A stretch of 64,000 nucleotides of DNA from Blastocystis sp. Blastoise (Eukaryota; Protista; Bigyra: Opalinata), in NCBI GenBank assembly GCA_039096225.1, contig JBBPEB010000020.1, positions 248,001-312,000 on the forward strand, written 5' to 3'. Below, piece after piece: positions 10,745 through 23,700 of this stretch; position 1 is the first letter of the stretch, and each line of letters begins with the position of its first letter. A program made the position numbers and the translations under genes. The notes below the pieces were generated by a model. That model saw nothing but the letters and a program-made list of their open reading frames with translations. It was not told where the DNA came from and made no database searches.

Positions 10745-13339
10745 GTTCAATTCCTGGCTTAAATCTTTCATTTTATTATATTATATTTTATATTTTATTT
10801 ATAGTCTTTTTATAATTAATTTTTATATTATAATTCTATTTTATATATATATATAGAAGATGAATTCAATATATTAAAATATATTATTATTTAAATATTT
10901 AAGTTCTATAAATGGATGGAGATATATATATATATATATCAGGTTCAACTCCTGACTTAAATTATTATATTCTTTTAATATATAATTATTATTCTATATA
11001 TAGAATTGAACTATCTATCAGCTCAAAATAATCAACTATATTTCATTATTAATATATATATAGATATAATTCAGTAAGTGAATCATCAAAGGTTTCATTG
11101 CTTTTTATAAAAGAAAAAAATTAAAAAATATTCAAATAGTAATATAGTCTTCTAATTAATATTTCTTTTTTTTCTTTAGTTATTTTCAATTCTTATTACA
11201 AATATCATCTTAATATGTTTATATTAAACTTTAACTTTTGTAATTATAACATTTTTATATAAAATAAACTAATTTATTATCTTGTTTCAATTATAAATAT
11301 TCATTATAGCATATTAAACTTATATAAGCATACTACATAACTATGTTTACACACAATTCATCCATTCTTAAAAAATATTTTAGTCTATTTTTCAACTTTT
11401 ATTCATACTAGTGTATACTATAGACTATTATTTAATGAATAGTATCAATTTTAATTCAAAAGAATAATATATGTTATTTAAAAATAATAAAATAAGAATA
11501 AAAAAAATATTATAATAAGAACTTTATCTCTCATTTCAAACTTCTTCTTTTTATTTACTATTTATTTAGATACTCTTAATATTCATTATTTATTCATTTT
11601 TATACTCATTATGATCTCTAGTCATCATATATATTTTTTATTTTATACTTAACTAAAACATTATCTATTCATTCTTATTAATTGTTTTCTTAAAACTGTT
11701 ATTATGTCTAAAATTAATTAAAAATCACTCTGTGAATTCATTAAAAATGTTTTTATAAATTATTTTAAACAAATCTTGTCAAAGACTCTCCTTCAACTAT
11801 CTTCAAACTGTTCATGATTCAACTTTTTAATGACTTTAGTACTCTATTATTAATAGACTGTGACACTTTTCTTTAAAATATTCTTTTATACACACAATTC
11901 TTAACATTATTAAACTATTTTGTTTAGAAAACAAGTTATTATCATACACATATGTTTATTAGTCTATAATAACTTCATAAAAGTCATTTTTGTTTATTCA
12001 AGTCAACATGAGTGAATTCATAGTTTTTTACAAAATGTCTTTAAATTAAACTTTTATTTAAATAGTATCTATATGTTAATTTACATTGATTGTATTAATA
12101 CTATATTATAATAATTATATAAACATATTAAAAAATTAAATTTTAAAATTAAAAATTAAAATGATACTCAATCAATTTTTCTTTTGTTATAATTATTTTT
12201 TCATTAATATTATATATTAAATACATAATCTATACAATAACAACCTATATAAGAATAATATAGAATAAAATAAATAATATATACCTATTTGATGGGTGAA
12301 ACACCCTCTAGTTGAAAGCATAGTGTAGAAATTTTTGATTTTTCTTATAATTTTTCGATATATTTTGAATCGTTTCAACGATTAATTTTTGTTATTTACA
12401 TGCTTTTTTAATTAACAATCATTTAATACCACCTATATAAACTTTATAAATAAAAAAATATATATAATATATAATATTTATAGACAATCAAGTTAATTGT
12501 CTATTTTTTACTTACCTAAAAAAATTCTTGAATGTCACTAACACCACCTATTGAGCAAAAAACCATCACCAAACACCACCAACAACGAAAACAACGAAAA
12601 AGACCTAAAAAACGACACAATATACTGATGCTACGAATCTTCATTCATAAACATCACCTTCAACAACACAACATATTACCTAACACTATAATATCATATA
12701 ATACAATATATAAATATAAACCTTTTTTAAAATCTTAACATTCTTACCTTAGAGTTCTTCAAAAGGAGAAATTCAAACGTATCCATATACCATAGAACTC
12801 TACAACCAACTAAAAGAATCCACTTCGTATTTTTCGCTACCAATTCAAGGACCAATTAACAATGGCGTCTCCTACCGTTTTTAAATACATTATACCAACT
12901 TATGAAAATGAAAATAAATATATAAAAATCATTAGGTTTAATAAAAAATTATATGAATAACTTCAAAATAAATAAAAAATGAATTGACAATAGTCATTTT
13001 TTTTATAAATCGGTACAAAGAATTCTTAGAATCCTAGAATCCTAGGTTCCTAGATTCCTAGAATCCATGAACCAATCAAATTACAGATTTTACGCTAAGA
13101 CTACTTTGGTCACTAGTTTCTCTTTTTTATTAAGCAATTCATTTCATTGGTTAATTTTTATAATTCTATATTCCTAGAATCCTAGATTCCTATTTTCCTA
13201 AGTTAAATATCAAAAATACAGAAAATCCAAAGTTAAAAACCTATTTTTATTGGTTAAAAAAAATTATCCAATTAAAAAAAGATAACCCTTATATAAATAA
13301 AAAGAAAAAGAGAAACCTTATCACATTATATTATCATTC

Positions 13340-13357
13340 CCCTAACCCTAACCCTAA
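13340..13357 (+). repeat. (CCCTAA)3 telomere-type repeat
   Basis: ccctaaccctaaccctaa, about 40 bp upstream of the ATG at 13398. Confidence 0.8.
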
Positions 13358-13397
13358 TAATTTTATCCGTATTCACGATACCAGGTTTTTTGAAGAT

Positions 13398-13936
13398 ATG
13401 ATCAAAAAAGAAAAGAAGAAAGGTCATATTTCATTACAAGATTACTATAATACCATAAATACTCTATTTATTCAAATTAATTCCTATATAGAAGAAATTA
13501 ATAAAGAAGAAGATATTGATAATATATATATAAAAAAATGTCATACTATTACTATACTGATGATGTATCTTCTTCAAACATGTACAGGGAGCTCACTCAG
13601 AAATAATGATTTATAAAATCTGAAAATAAACGAAAAAATAAAGAAATATAAAATAGAAAAAACAAAAAAAGAATATATATATATATTATACATACTACTT
13701 CTAAGAATGGAAACATTCCTTATTCCGATGGTAAGGAATTCCCTGACATATATGTTTTTTGTGAGAAATATCAAAATCTATTTAATAAATATATAAATAT
13801 AAGGAATAAAATAGGTGAATATTTGAAACAAAATAATATAAAATATGCAACATACTTATTTCTATATATACGAAAAACAGATTCATCGAGTAACTATCAA
13901 GCCTCTCAGTTTACGTATAGCACTTATCCAACAAGG
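13398..13936 (+). pseudogene. Degenerate tyrosine recombinase, N-terminal half of the catalytic domain
   Basis: Reading through the TAA at 13614: LLQTCTGSSLRNNDL*NLKI (box I R), YIIHTTSKNG (catalytic K strand), LFNKYINIR, YLFL; then an intron interrupted by a Helitron 5' end. Confidence 0.5.
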
Positions 13937-16465
13937 TATATTTATCTATATATATATTTATAATTATATTTATAATTATATTTATAATTATATTTATAAT
14001 TATATTTATATAAATCTATATATATATATATAAATCTATATATATATATATATATCTACATATATATATATATATATATATAAATCTATATAAACCTATA
14101 TATATATATATCTATATAATAAAAGCAATACAAAAAATCGGGGGTTTGGTTATCCGTACTTCGGGAATAACTTTTTTAATATTAATAATTTCTTACCCAT
14201 TGTTAATAACATATATAAAATTTATATATATAGTGACCTATATAAAAAAAAATTGTAACGTCAAAATCCGAGCCAAAAAACGACTTACAAAAAAATTTTC
14301 TCGAGGGGCTTATTGATTCATTTGCTGATTTTTTTTTGTGTTTCAAAATAGTAAATTAAAATTTTCAATTGTTTTTTTAAAATTTCTTTTAGAATTCTAA
14401 AAATTCTATAGAATTCTTTATTTTCTATTTATACTGAAATTTTCTTTTTTTAATTTTTTTTGGTTTCCTTTTATGTGACCACTATAAAACTTTTTAGTTT
14501 ACAATTTTTTATTTTATGTAGGTTTTTCCACTAGAAAATCATTTTCCTCCGATCAGATTTTTAAAAGGACACAACTTTACATTTCGAGATGTGAATGTTG
14601 ACTCAAGTGTTGACTAAAACGTGTTCTAAAGTAAAAGGGGCACTGAGCCTTAGTAGACGGACACAGTTTTAGTTTTATGTTGAGTCACCATGTTTGATCA
14701 GTTTTGGAAAAGGTTGTCTTGAAAGTTTAAAAAGGTGTCCAACTGGTGGCGAATATTGTGTACAACACATATTGACACTCAAAGTCCATTTATATAACTT
14801 AAATGAGCTGTTTTTGATCAATTAAAAAAAAAGATTTTTTTTTGTGCAAAAAATCTGTGTATACCTAAATTTGTTATGTGTCATTCACCACCAAGAATGA
14901 TCGAAAACTTACCTATGACACCAATATGTAATCAGCATAACATATAGATGTGTCTTTCGTTTACATTAGCTTTCTTAACCTATAAATGAGGTCTCTAGAC
15001 TCATTTAAGTGAAAAACATTAAAAAAATATTTTTTGACTTTGTTATTAGAATATCTTCATCAGATTTCAATATTATAAAATAAAAGCAAGCTAGTCACAA
15101 TCTTTAGACAACGTAGATGTGCCTTTTTGTATCAAACGTCTTATGGCGATTCTTCATCGCTGAGAAAAGTCGAAATTAAAAAAAAATGAAAATTTTCGTA
15201 CAAAATGATTCAGTTTTTGCCAAATTGGAAAAGTGGTCTTTTGACGAGGATAGAGGTGTCAAATCGTTTTATATCGTTTAGATTCGTATACAGCGATATA
15301 TTTCTATATGGAATCATATCTTAATAGCTCATATCCGATAGATCGACATGTGGTCAGAATGCAATATGTTGCAACTTTTTTGTCTTGGATTTAAATTTTT
15401 TTTTATGTTTTATAATACATATGGTCTACAAATAACGTGCGTATAATAGTCTTTTGAAATTTCAAATTTAAGGCTATCAAAAATAAAAACAAAAATTTTG
15501 GATTTTTTCGAAAATCTTTTTTACCTATGTTTGACATATGGTGAATATCTCCGTCAAACCTTTTCCAAAATTCATAATTCATTTTTATAAAGACTGTTAA
15601 TAACAATTCAAAGTAATATAGCTATTTAACTCTTAAATTAAATAACAAATGACTGATTTTCATTGAATTGACTAAACTCATATTTTTATAAAAATTGTCT
15701 TTTAGTTTTTTATCGATCCATTTGGACCCTATATCAGGAAATATGATATTTAGATGAATTTTATCAGCGTATTCACATTCTATGGAATGTGTAGCTGGAT
15801 AAAATATGGTCATATGCCTATTAACGCCTTAATTCAAGGAGAATGGCATATTCAATACATGATATAATAATATGAATTTTTATCAAATTTTTGATTTTTT
15901 TTTAACATTTTTTAATATTCTTTTTTGATTTATAAAGTACTTATATGATGTCTAAGCATGATATATGACATTAAAAATGAATTATTGCATATAAATGATT
16001 TGAAATAATAAATAACTATTGAATAAAATTTTTTATATATGATATTATTTTTATTTTAACAAAATAATTCTTGACTGAATTTACACATTTATAAAAGTAT
16101 CGATGTATTTGATTTTCTGTTTTTGTTTTTAGATAGCTTCATTATGGAATTAATTTCGTAATGAATAAAGGATAAAATTTATTGTATTTATAGAGAAGAA
16201 TATAAAAATACAAATGTCTATTGTTAAAAATAATGAATTTATACTATATATTGATAATTGGAAATTAGTGATATGAAATAGTAGTTGAACTTTTGAATTT
16301 TTAAAATTTTAATTCAATTCTTCTAGCTTTAAAAAACATGCTGTTTTAAAAATAAAAAAAAATTAATTAAAATTTTAAAAATTCAAAAGTTCAACTACTA
16401 TTTCATATCACGAAACATATATATTTGCTTAAAAACAAAAATATATATATAGAAATAATTAAAAT

Positions 16466-17059
16466 GGGTTAAATCCCGATAGTCAAGTTTTCAGACATTC
16501 ATTTTACCAGTTGACATTTGTGCCTTATGTATTTACGAGTTGACATTTGTGCCTTAATTATTTACGAGTTGACATTTGTGTCTTAATTTTTTACGAGTTG
16601 ACAATTATAATTTAATTTTTTACGAGTTGGCAATTGTGCCTTAATTTTTTACGAGTTGACAACTATGATTTAATTTTTTACGAGTTGACAATTATGATTT
16701 AATTATCTACGAGTTGACAATTATGAATAATTTATTTGTATTTTTATTTTTAATATTTTCATGACTATTTTTAACAAAGAAACCTGAAAAAAAAAATATT
16801 TTTCTTTAAAAAATCTGAAATAATTAAATAACTATTTTTAACTTATAAATAATTAAATCATAGTTGTCAACTCGTAAAAAATTAAATTATAAATGTCAAC
16901 TCGTAAATAATTGAGGCACAAATGTCAACTCGTAAAAAATTAGGACACAAATGTCAACTCGTAAATAATTAAGGCACAAATGTCAACTCGTAAAAAATTA
17001 GGACACAAATGTCAACTCGTAAATAAATTTCTGAAAACTTGACTATCGGGATTTAACCC
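16466..17059. mobile_element. Foldback-like MITE with ~30-bp TIRs and ~31-bp subterminal repeats (empty copy)
   Basis: TIR GGGTTAAATCCCGATAGTCAAGTTTTCAGA; TTACGAGTTGACA... arrays in opposite orientation on each side; second copy at 54801-57051; no clear TSD. Confidence 0.9.
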
Positions 17060-17071
17060 TATATATATATA

Positions 17072-17989
17072 CCTTCTGAAGAAGAAATAGAGGAATGACC
17101 ATGTACTAACTGAGTTGAAGGACCTATATAAAAACAAATAAGAAAGAATTAAAAGAAAAATAATAAATATATATATATGATATATCTATATACCTTTAGC
17201 CTCAGAAGGATGATCACCATCAGATACAGTACCATGAACAGAAGACACTGTCAGAACAGAAGGACCTATATATATTTATAAAATAAAAGTATAAATCAAA
17301 AAGAAGAAAAAGAAAATAGATTATATATACCTTCTTTATGAATAACATCAGCACTAACATTCATAGCAACAGAAGAACCTGTAATAAAATATAAATAGGA
17401 AATAAAAGAAATAATTAAAAATAAATAAATAAATGAATGATTATATACCTTGAAGACCATGAGTAGAGTTAACACCACCATCAATAGCATCAGCAACAAC
17501 ATCATCATGAGTATAAGAACCTATAGATAAATAAAAATAAAAAAAATAAAATAAATGATTGACAACATACCTTCAAGACCGTGAGTAGAGTTAACATCAC
17601 CATCAATAGCTCCAGCAACAGAGTCCACAACAATAGAAGAACCTATAGAAAATAAAATATAAAAATAAAAACAAATGAATGCCAACATACCTTCAAGACC
17701 ACTTGATAACCTTACACCATCATCACTATAGGACACCATGGACACAGAAGAGCCTAAGATAATATAAAATAATAAAACAAAAAGAAATGTATAAATATAT
17801 ACCTTCAAGACCATATTGATAAGCACCATCACCATCAATGACATCCATACTTGCATCCTGTTGAGTAGAAGAACCTATATATGAATAATAAAAAAAATAA
17901 ATACAATACATACTTGACCTTCTCTGAGAAACGTATTTTTTTTTGTTCAAGGACCTCCGCCTTGATGACATTCTGCCTTTTCTAGGCAT
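17072..17989 (-). CDS. Hypothetical protein built from tandem-duplicated phase-1 exons, cut by the MITE
   Basis: Starts MPRKGRMSSRRR, then about 7 exons each like ag|GTTCTTCT...GAAG|gtat (GSS...DGD...GLE). Confidence 0.65.
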
Positions 17990-18714
17990 CTTATTTAATA
18001 ATTTAATAAAAATAAGTATTTTTATGTAGAAAATAAAAACATATTCATATTTGAACTTTTGTAAAATAGGGACAATATTTAAAATATGCATATTTAAAAA
18101 TTAATAGGAATCATAAATAACCTCGAATTTTTATTATTATCTTATGCTAAGCTGATAATAGGGACATTTTTTATTAAAAACATTTTGGGTACCCAAAAAC
18201 TATAGTTTTTTACATTTTTTAAATATTTGTTTATATTGATTGACTAAGTATGTTTGATTAATTAATTTTATATTATTTTGTTTAGTATTATATATATCTA
18301 TTTATATATAAATTTATTTATTTAAAATAATACACTTTTTTATAGGATTCTCTTGTATTTGTCTTGGTTGTGGTGACAGAAGCTTCTTGAAGTGGTCCTG
18401 GTTGTGCTATATTGTTTTTCTAGTGTAAGGTATATAAATATATTATTTATTTCTTAACATCTGTTTTTGTTTTACTAATTGCTTTTTGTTATTATTATTT
18501 TTATTATTTATTTTGTTTATTTTGTCTTTATATATCATTTATTCAATAGTTTTTAATTATTTTTATTCTATAGGAAAGAAAATGTTGTTGATGTGTTGTG
18601 GTCTTCGCTTTTTCATGTCGTTCTTCTTTAGTCTGTGGTTTCAGATTAATCTATTAGGTATATATTTATATTTTATTTATTGTTTTCATTTTTATTATTT
18701 ATTATTTATGTTTT

Positions 18715-18753
<39 letters not shown>

Positions 18754-18800
18754 TTATATTTATTTATTATATTTATTTATTTATTTATTATATTTATTAT

Positions 18801-18993
18801 CAGTGCCTTCCCGACTTTTTGTGACACTTGCGGTGACTTTTTTTGACAGTCACATAAAGTCACTTTAAGTCAGACTTAATATGACTTAATATAATAATAA
18901 ATATTTTTACACTGTCAAAAATTAACAAAAGTGTCACATTTTTCTGTGACAATTGCGGCACCGCAAAAAAAAAGGGCCTTTTGGAAGTCACTG
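18801..18993. mobile_element. hAT-like MITE
   Basis: TIRs CAGTGCCTTCC / CAGTGACTTCC; 8-bp flanking duplication TTTATTAT (in low-complexity context). Confidence 0.7.
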
Positions 18994-19151
18994 TTTATTA
19001 TATTTATATATATTTATTTATTATATTTATTATATTTATTTATTTATTATATTTATTTATTTATTATATTTATTTATTTATTTATTTATTTATGTTTTTT
19101 ATTTATTTATTATATTTATTATATTTATTATATTTATTATATTTATTATAT

Positions 19152-19190
<39 letters not shown>

Positions 19191-20104
19191 TTTTATGTTA
19201 TCTTTTTATATTTTTTCTATTGTATATAGGTTTTATAGTCTTCTTGTTCCTTTTTCTTCTTTCTTCCTTCTTTCTACTTCATTTTACTTCTTCCTTCTTC
19301 CTCATCCTTCTTTCTTCATCCTAATTCTTCCTTCTTCCTTCTTCTTGCTTCTCTACTTTCTCATCCTTCTTCCTTCTTCCTTCTTCTTCCTACTTCCTTC
19401 TTCCTCCTTCTTCCTACTTCCTCATCCGTCATTGTTCCTACTTCTTCCTACTTCTTCCTGCTTCATCATTCATCATTGTTCCTTCCTACTTCCTTCTTTC
19501 TTCTTCCCCATCCTTCCTTCTTCCTTCTTTCTCATCATTCTTCCTTCTTCCTCATCCATCATTCCTTCTTATTATATATATATATATATATATATATTTA
19601 ATTATTATTATAATTTTTAAACTCCCTTTATGCTCTAGAAGGAGAGAAACAATCATTATAGATTGTTTTCAGGTTCAATTCCTGACATGAAGTGCTATTT
19701 TTCTCTTTATATTAATATTTTATTTATATATTATATATATATATATATTCTCTTTTTTTAACCTTATTTTTATTTGTTTTAAATTATACTTTTCAATTTT
19801 GACCTTATATATATATATCTAACTTTTTATATTTTTTGTAGACTTCCTCTTCTCAATAACAGTCACAATGAGAACAAATCCATTTATACTTAAACAGCCA
19901 AGTCATCTTAAAACTGATTATATCAATCAAAATACATGTGTTAAACTTGTTTTATTGATTTAAACTCAATTTTAATAATTAAAAGTAAACAAACCAAACA
20001 CACATGTTGACTTTAAAACTTTAAACTCAGTATTAAAAGATAATTTTTATAGAGTGGACATAAAATACTGATTTAAACAAAAATGAATGGAAACAATCAA
20101 CTCT

Positions 20105-21000
20105 TGATACAACTTTACCATTTGGCAAAACACTAATCCACAATATTTTCCAAAGTTCTTTTGATAAAGTATTTATATAGACATGTTATGTATAAAATGA
20201 AAGTCAACTTCTTGAATCTCTTATTTTAGGACAGTCTTTAAAACATTTTGACAAATAGACAACCTTTAACTTGCTATTTAAAGCTAATATTTTAAGAGTA
20301 GACTTGACTTGGATCAATAACAACAACTGTCATCACCATAACACTTTTAAAGACACTTTACCATTTGGTCATACACTTTGATCAAAATATTTTCTTCCCT
20401 TCTTTTAACATAATATAGGTTATACACTCTAGTTTAATGAATAAAAGCTCTTATTTTGAATCTCGTCCTCTAAGTCACTCATTTTTACATTTTTCAAAAT
20501 TTAAGACCCTTAGAGTTGACCTTTTGACTCAATTTTTCTACAGTGCACGAAATTCACGATTTTGCTCAAACTGAAGTAAAAATAAATTTTTAATAACTCT
20601 CACAACACCTCACACATCCACTCTTTAAAAATTATTTTCTTTGTACTTTTGATATGTTGTAGAGCTACTACAGCTGTATACTAATTAATATCTCTAAATT
20701 TTTTATTCAAAGTCTAAGACTATGTTTTACACATTTATTTAAATTTAGCAACCTTAAACTATTTATTTAAAGCTCTTATTCAAAGAATAGACGTGATTCA
20801 ACACTTTGAACACATATAGAAACCCTTTTACTTTTTAAGACACATTTTGTCATTTGGTCATACACTTTGACCTTCATAATTTTTAATCTCCTTTTGACAT
20901 AGTATAGAGTATTATCTCTAGTTTATTAAATAAAAGTCATTATATTGAATCTCTTACTCTAAGACCACTTAATTCACATTTTTCAAAATTGTCATACTCA
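20105..21000. repeat. Degenerate ~243-bp tandem repeat, ~4 units
   Basis: ACTTTACCATTTGG.CA.ACACT...TTGAATCTC...ACATTTT recurs at ~20112, 20356 and 20843, weakly at ~20600. Confidence 0.65.
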
Positions 21001-21654
21001 AACTCATTATTTTAAGACTTTGTTTTAACTATAGTAGTTTGAGGACCTATTGATTACTATGATACAATATTAGTCAATTATAAGAAGATCGAAGAAAATA
21101 TCGATCACTCAAAAATAGTCCTCAGGAGCTCAAAATTGGTACACCTAGGTTTTTGAACCTCCTGAATCAGAATATGATGTCAAAATAAGAATCTAAATTT
21201 GACCGTTAAGGCCTCACGTGTTCAATATGAAAAAGTATTAAAAAATAGATAAATATAAAGAATAAACACGGATAACGTATATTGTGGGATTGAGAAAAAA
21301 TCAAGTTTACCCCATGTTTATTTTCCAATTGTCTGGTCAACAATTTTTATCGGGGTCACCCCAAAGAGCCAATCAAAAACGACTCAAAAATCATGTTTTC
21401 TGTTCTTTTATTAATAACTTTTTAATTATAAATAATATCGCTTAACCAAATATACGGTGCACAACTACAGCTTATATCCTATTGAACTGTGTTTCAACCA
21501 AAAGTTAACTCCCCATAAGTTTAGAGGAGTTGTGGGTACAAACTATAGTATACCTTAGCCAATCAAATGGTTTTTCCAAAAACTGACCAATGGGAATTTT
21601 TTTGCCTATTTGCTTTATAATAGTAATGATATATATATATATATATATATATAG

Positions 21655-21748
21655 ATTCAAGATTAAAACCGTCGATTCAAGGTATATATTAGATTATATT
21701 ATATTATACTTATTATATATATAGATTCAGGATCAAAGCTATTGACTC

Positions 21749-21783
<35 letters not shown>

Positions 21784-22450
21784 CTATATTATACTTATTA
21801 TATATATAGATTCACGATCAAAGCTATTGACTCAAGGTATATATATATATAATATTATATATATGTATTATATTATATTATATTATATATATAGATTCAG
21901 GATCAAAGTCGTTGACTCAATGTATATATTATATTATATTATATTATATTATACTTATTGTATATATAGATTCAGGATTAAAACCATTGATTCAATGTAT
22001 ATATAATATTATATTATGTTATATCATATTATAATATATATATAGATTCAGGATCAAAACCATTGACCGAAGGTATATATATATAACATTATATATCAAC
22101 ACTATATATATAGATAATGAATTGAATCATATTTCAAATAATGGTATATGCATATATATTATATACTACTATATATATATATATACTATACTATATATAT
22201 AGCTGAATGTAAGCGATCAAAGCATTCCCTAATGAAAAGTATATATATATATATATATTCATAGAAAGCCGCCGAACACTGTCAAAAAGTAGTTCAAAAA
22301 AGCGTTCAAGCAACAATTCATTCGAGGGTATCTTTTTAGTTTTATAATATATCTATTATTATTCTTAGACTCACAAGATGATAAAATACAATTCAAATAC
22401 AAAAAAAATAAAAAACATAATGTGTCCTCTTTGTTTAATATAAATTGTTC
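21655..22450 (+). CDS. Micro-exon gene: six 27-nt repeated exons (DSGSKLLTQ-like) plus basic exons
   Basis: Each ATTCAGGATCAAAGCTATTGACTCAAG-like unit is flanked by tatag| and |gtata; the spliced product stays in frame. Start not identified. Confidence 0.65.
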
Positions 22451-22928
22451 GAGTATTCTTTTTAATTTTTTTTAAATTTTTCTTATGTTGTGATATTTTT
22501 CATCTATTCTTATTAAATATTTTCTTCTTAAATATTTTTCTATTTTTATTCTTTTCCATTTTCATTTCTCACATTATTAAATATTTTACAATTTCTATTT
22601 TATTTTGTTTTCTTATAATTTACTTGAATATATATATTTGTTATTGAGTTTAACCTATATAAAATGCCCGACTCTGCTTTATAAAAGTTCATGATGTCTC
22701 TTTATATAGTTTAAAGTTTATGAACTCATATAATATTTTAAATATATCATTTAAACTATAAGATACAAAATAGAATGTTGTTGTTTTATATTTTATATGT
22801 GTTTGCTTTGTTTTTGTGTTGTAAATTATTTGCTATTGCGAATTAATATTACACACTTTTGTTTTTGATATGTTTGATCTCGAAAATATTTTCATTAACT
22901 TACAAAATATATTATCATATATATAGAT

Positions 22929-23429
22929 TGTAAAAGAGTTGAAAATACTTTTGAGTTTCATACATCTTGCTTTTGTCTTAACAACAAGGGAGACAAAGGT
23001 ATATTATTGTCTAATAAAATAATAAAAATATTTTTATTGTTTCGTCTTTAGATAATAATAACTACAAAAACACCCTTGAGAAAACATTTTTTAATAGTAA
23101 GTTATTTACTATTAATTGTGAAGGTATGTTTTGATGTGAAAACAACCTAAAATATATATAGGAACTACAGACTCAGAAATAACAAATAAATTTATATTTA
23201 AAGACAACACAACTCTTTTTGCAATTAAAAACAGATTTTCAACATGTCCAACAAATCAAGGTAAATATTTTTATAATTTAAATTCTATTATGACTTGATA
23301 GTTACTTTAAATAATAATAATCAGGAAAATGAAAGTGACGAGGATCTCTCAAGTCCTCCTTATTATGATGAAAGGGTTTCACCTCCTACTTCTCCTGTTT
23401 ATCCTGTTTCTTCTCCTGAATATTATTAA
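22929..23429 (+). CDS. Small multi-exon hypothetical gene with an SP-rich C-terminus
   Basis: Short GT-AG introns; last exon ...DEDLSSPPYYDERVSPPTSPVYPVSSPEYY* followed by a TTGTTTT-rich 3' region. Confidence 0.45.
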
Positions 23430-23700
23430 GGAGTTTTTTGTTTTTTGCTTATAAGCATTTTATTGTTTTGTATTGTTTTATTTCTTTTTTTCTTTGTTAT
23501 ATTTTATTTTGTTTTGTTAAATATATTATTTTTAAAAATTATTAAAAAATAAAATATCTAAATATATATGTTTACAAATATCTATATTGTTTAATTAATT
23601 AAATCTTATATATAATACTATAGGAAACAAAAGAAAGCGATTTAATTCTCTTAAAAGAAGAGATATATTTGGAAATTTTATTAATTCACAAAATTCAAAA

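Noticed and set aside
9264-10762. Y/I/F/L-rich ORFs as membrane proteins (also 18486-19324, 31233-31463, 33917-34117, 53497-53892)
   Set aside because: They are translations of (TA)n, (TTTA)n, (TAA)n or (ATATAA)n microsatellites and introns.
21655-22072. CRISPR array
   Set aside because: Spacers are low-complexity introns with GT-AG ends, the repeats are in-frame exons, there are no cas genes, and the context is eukaryotic.
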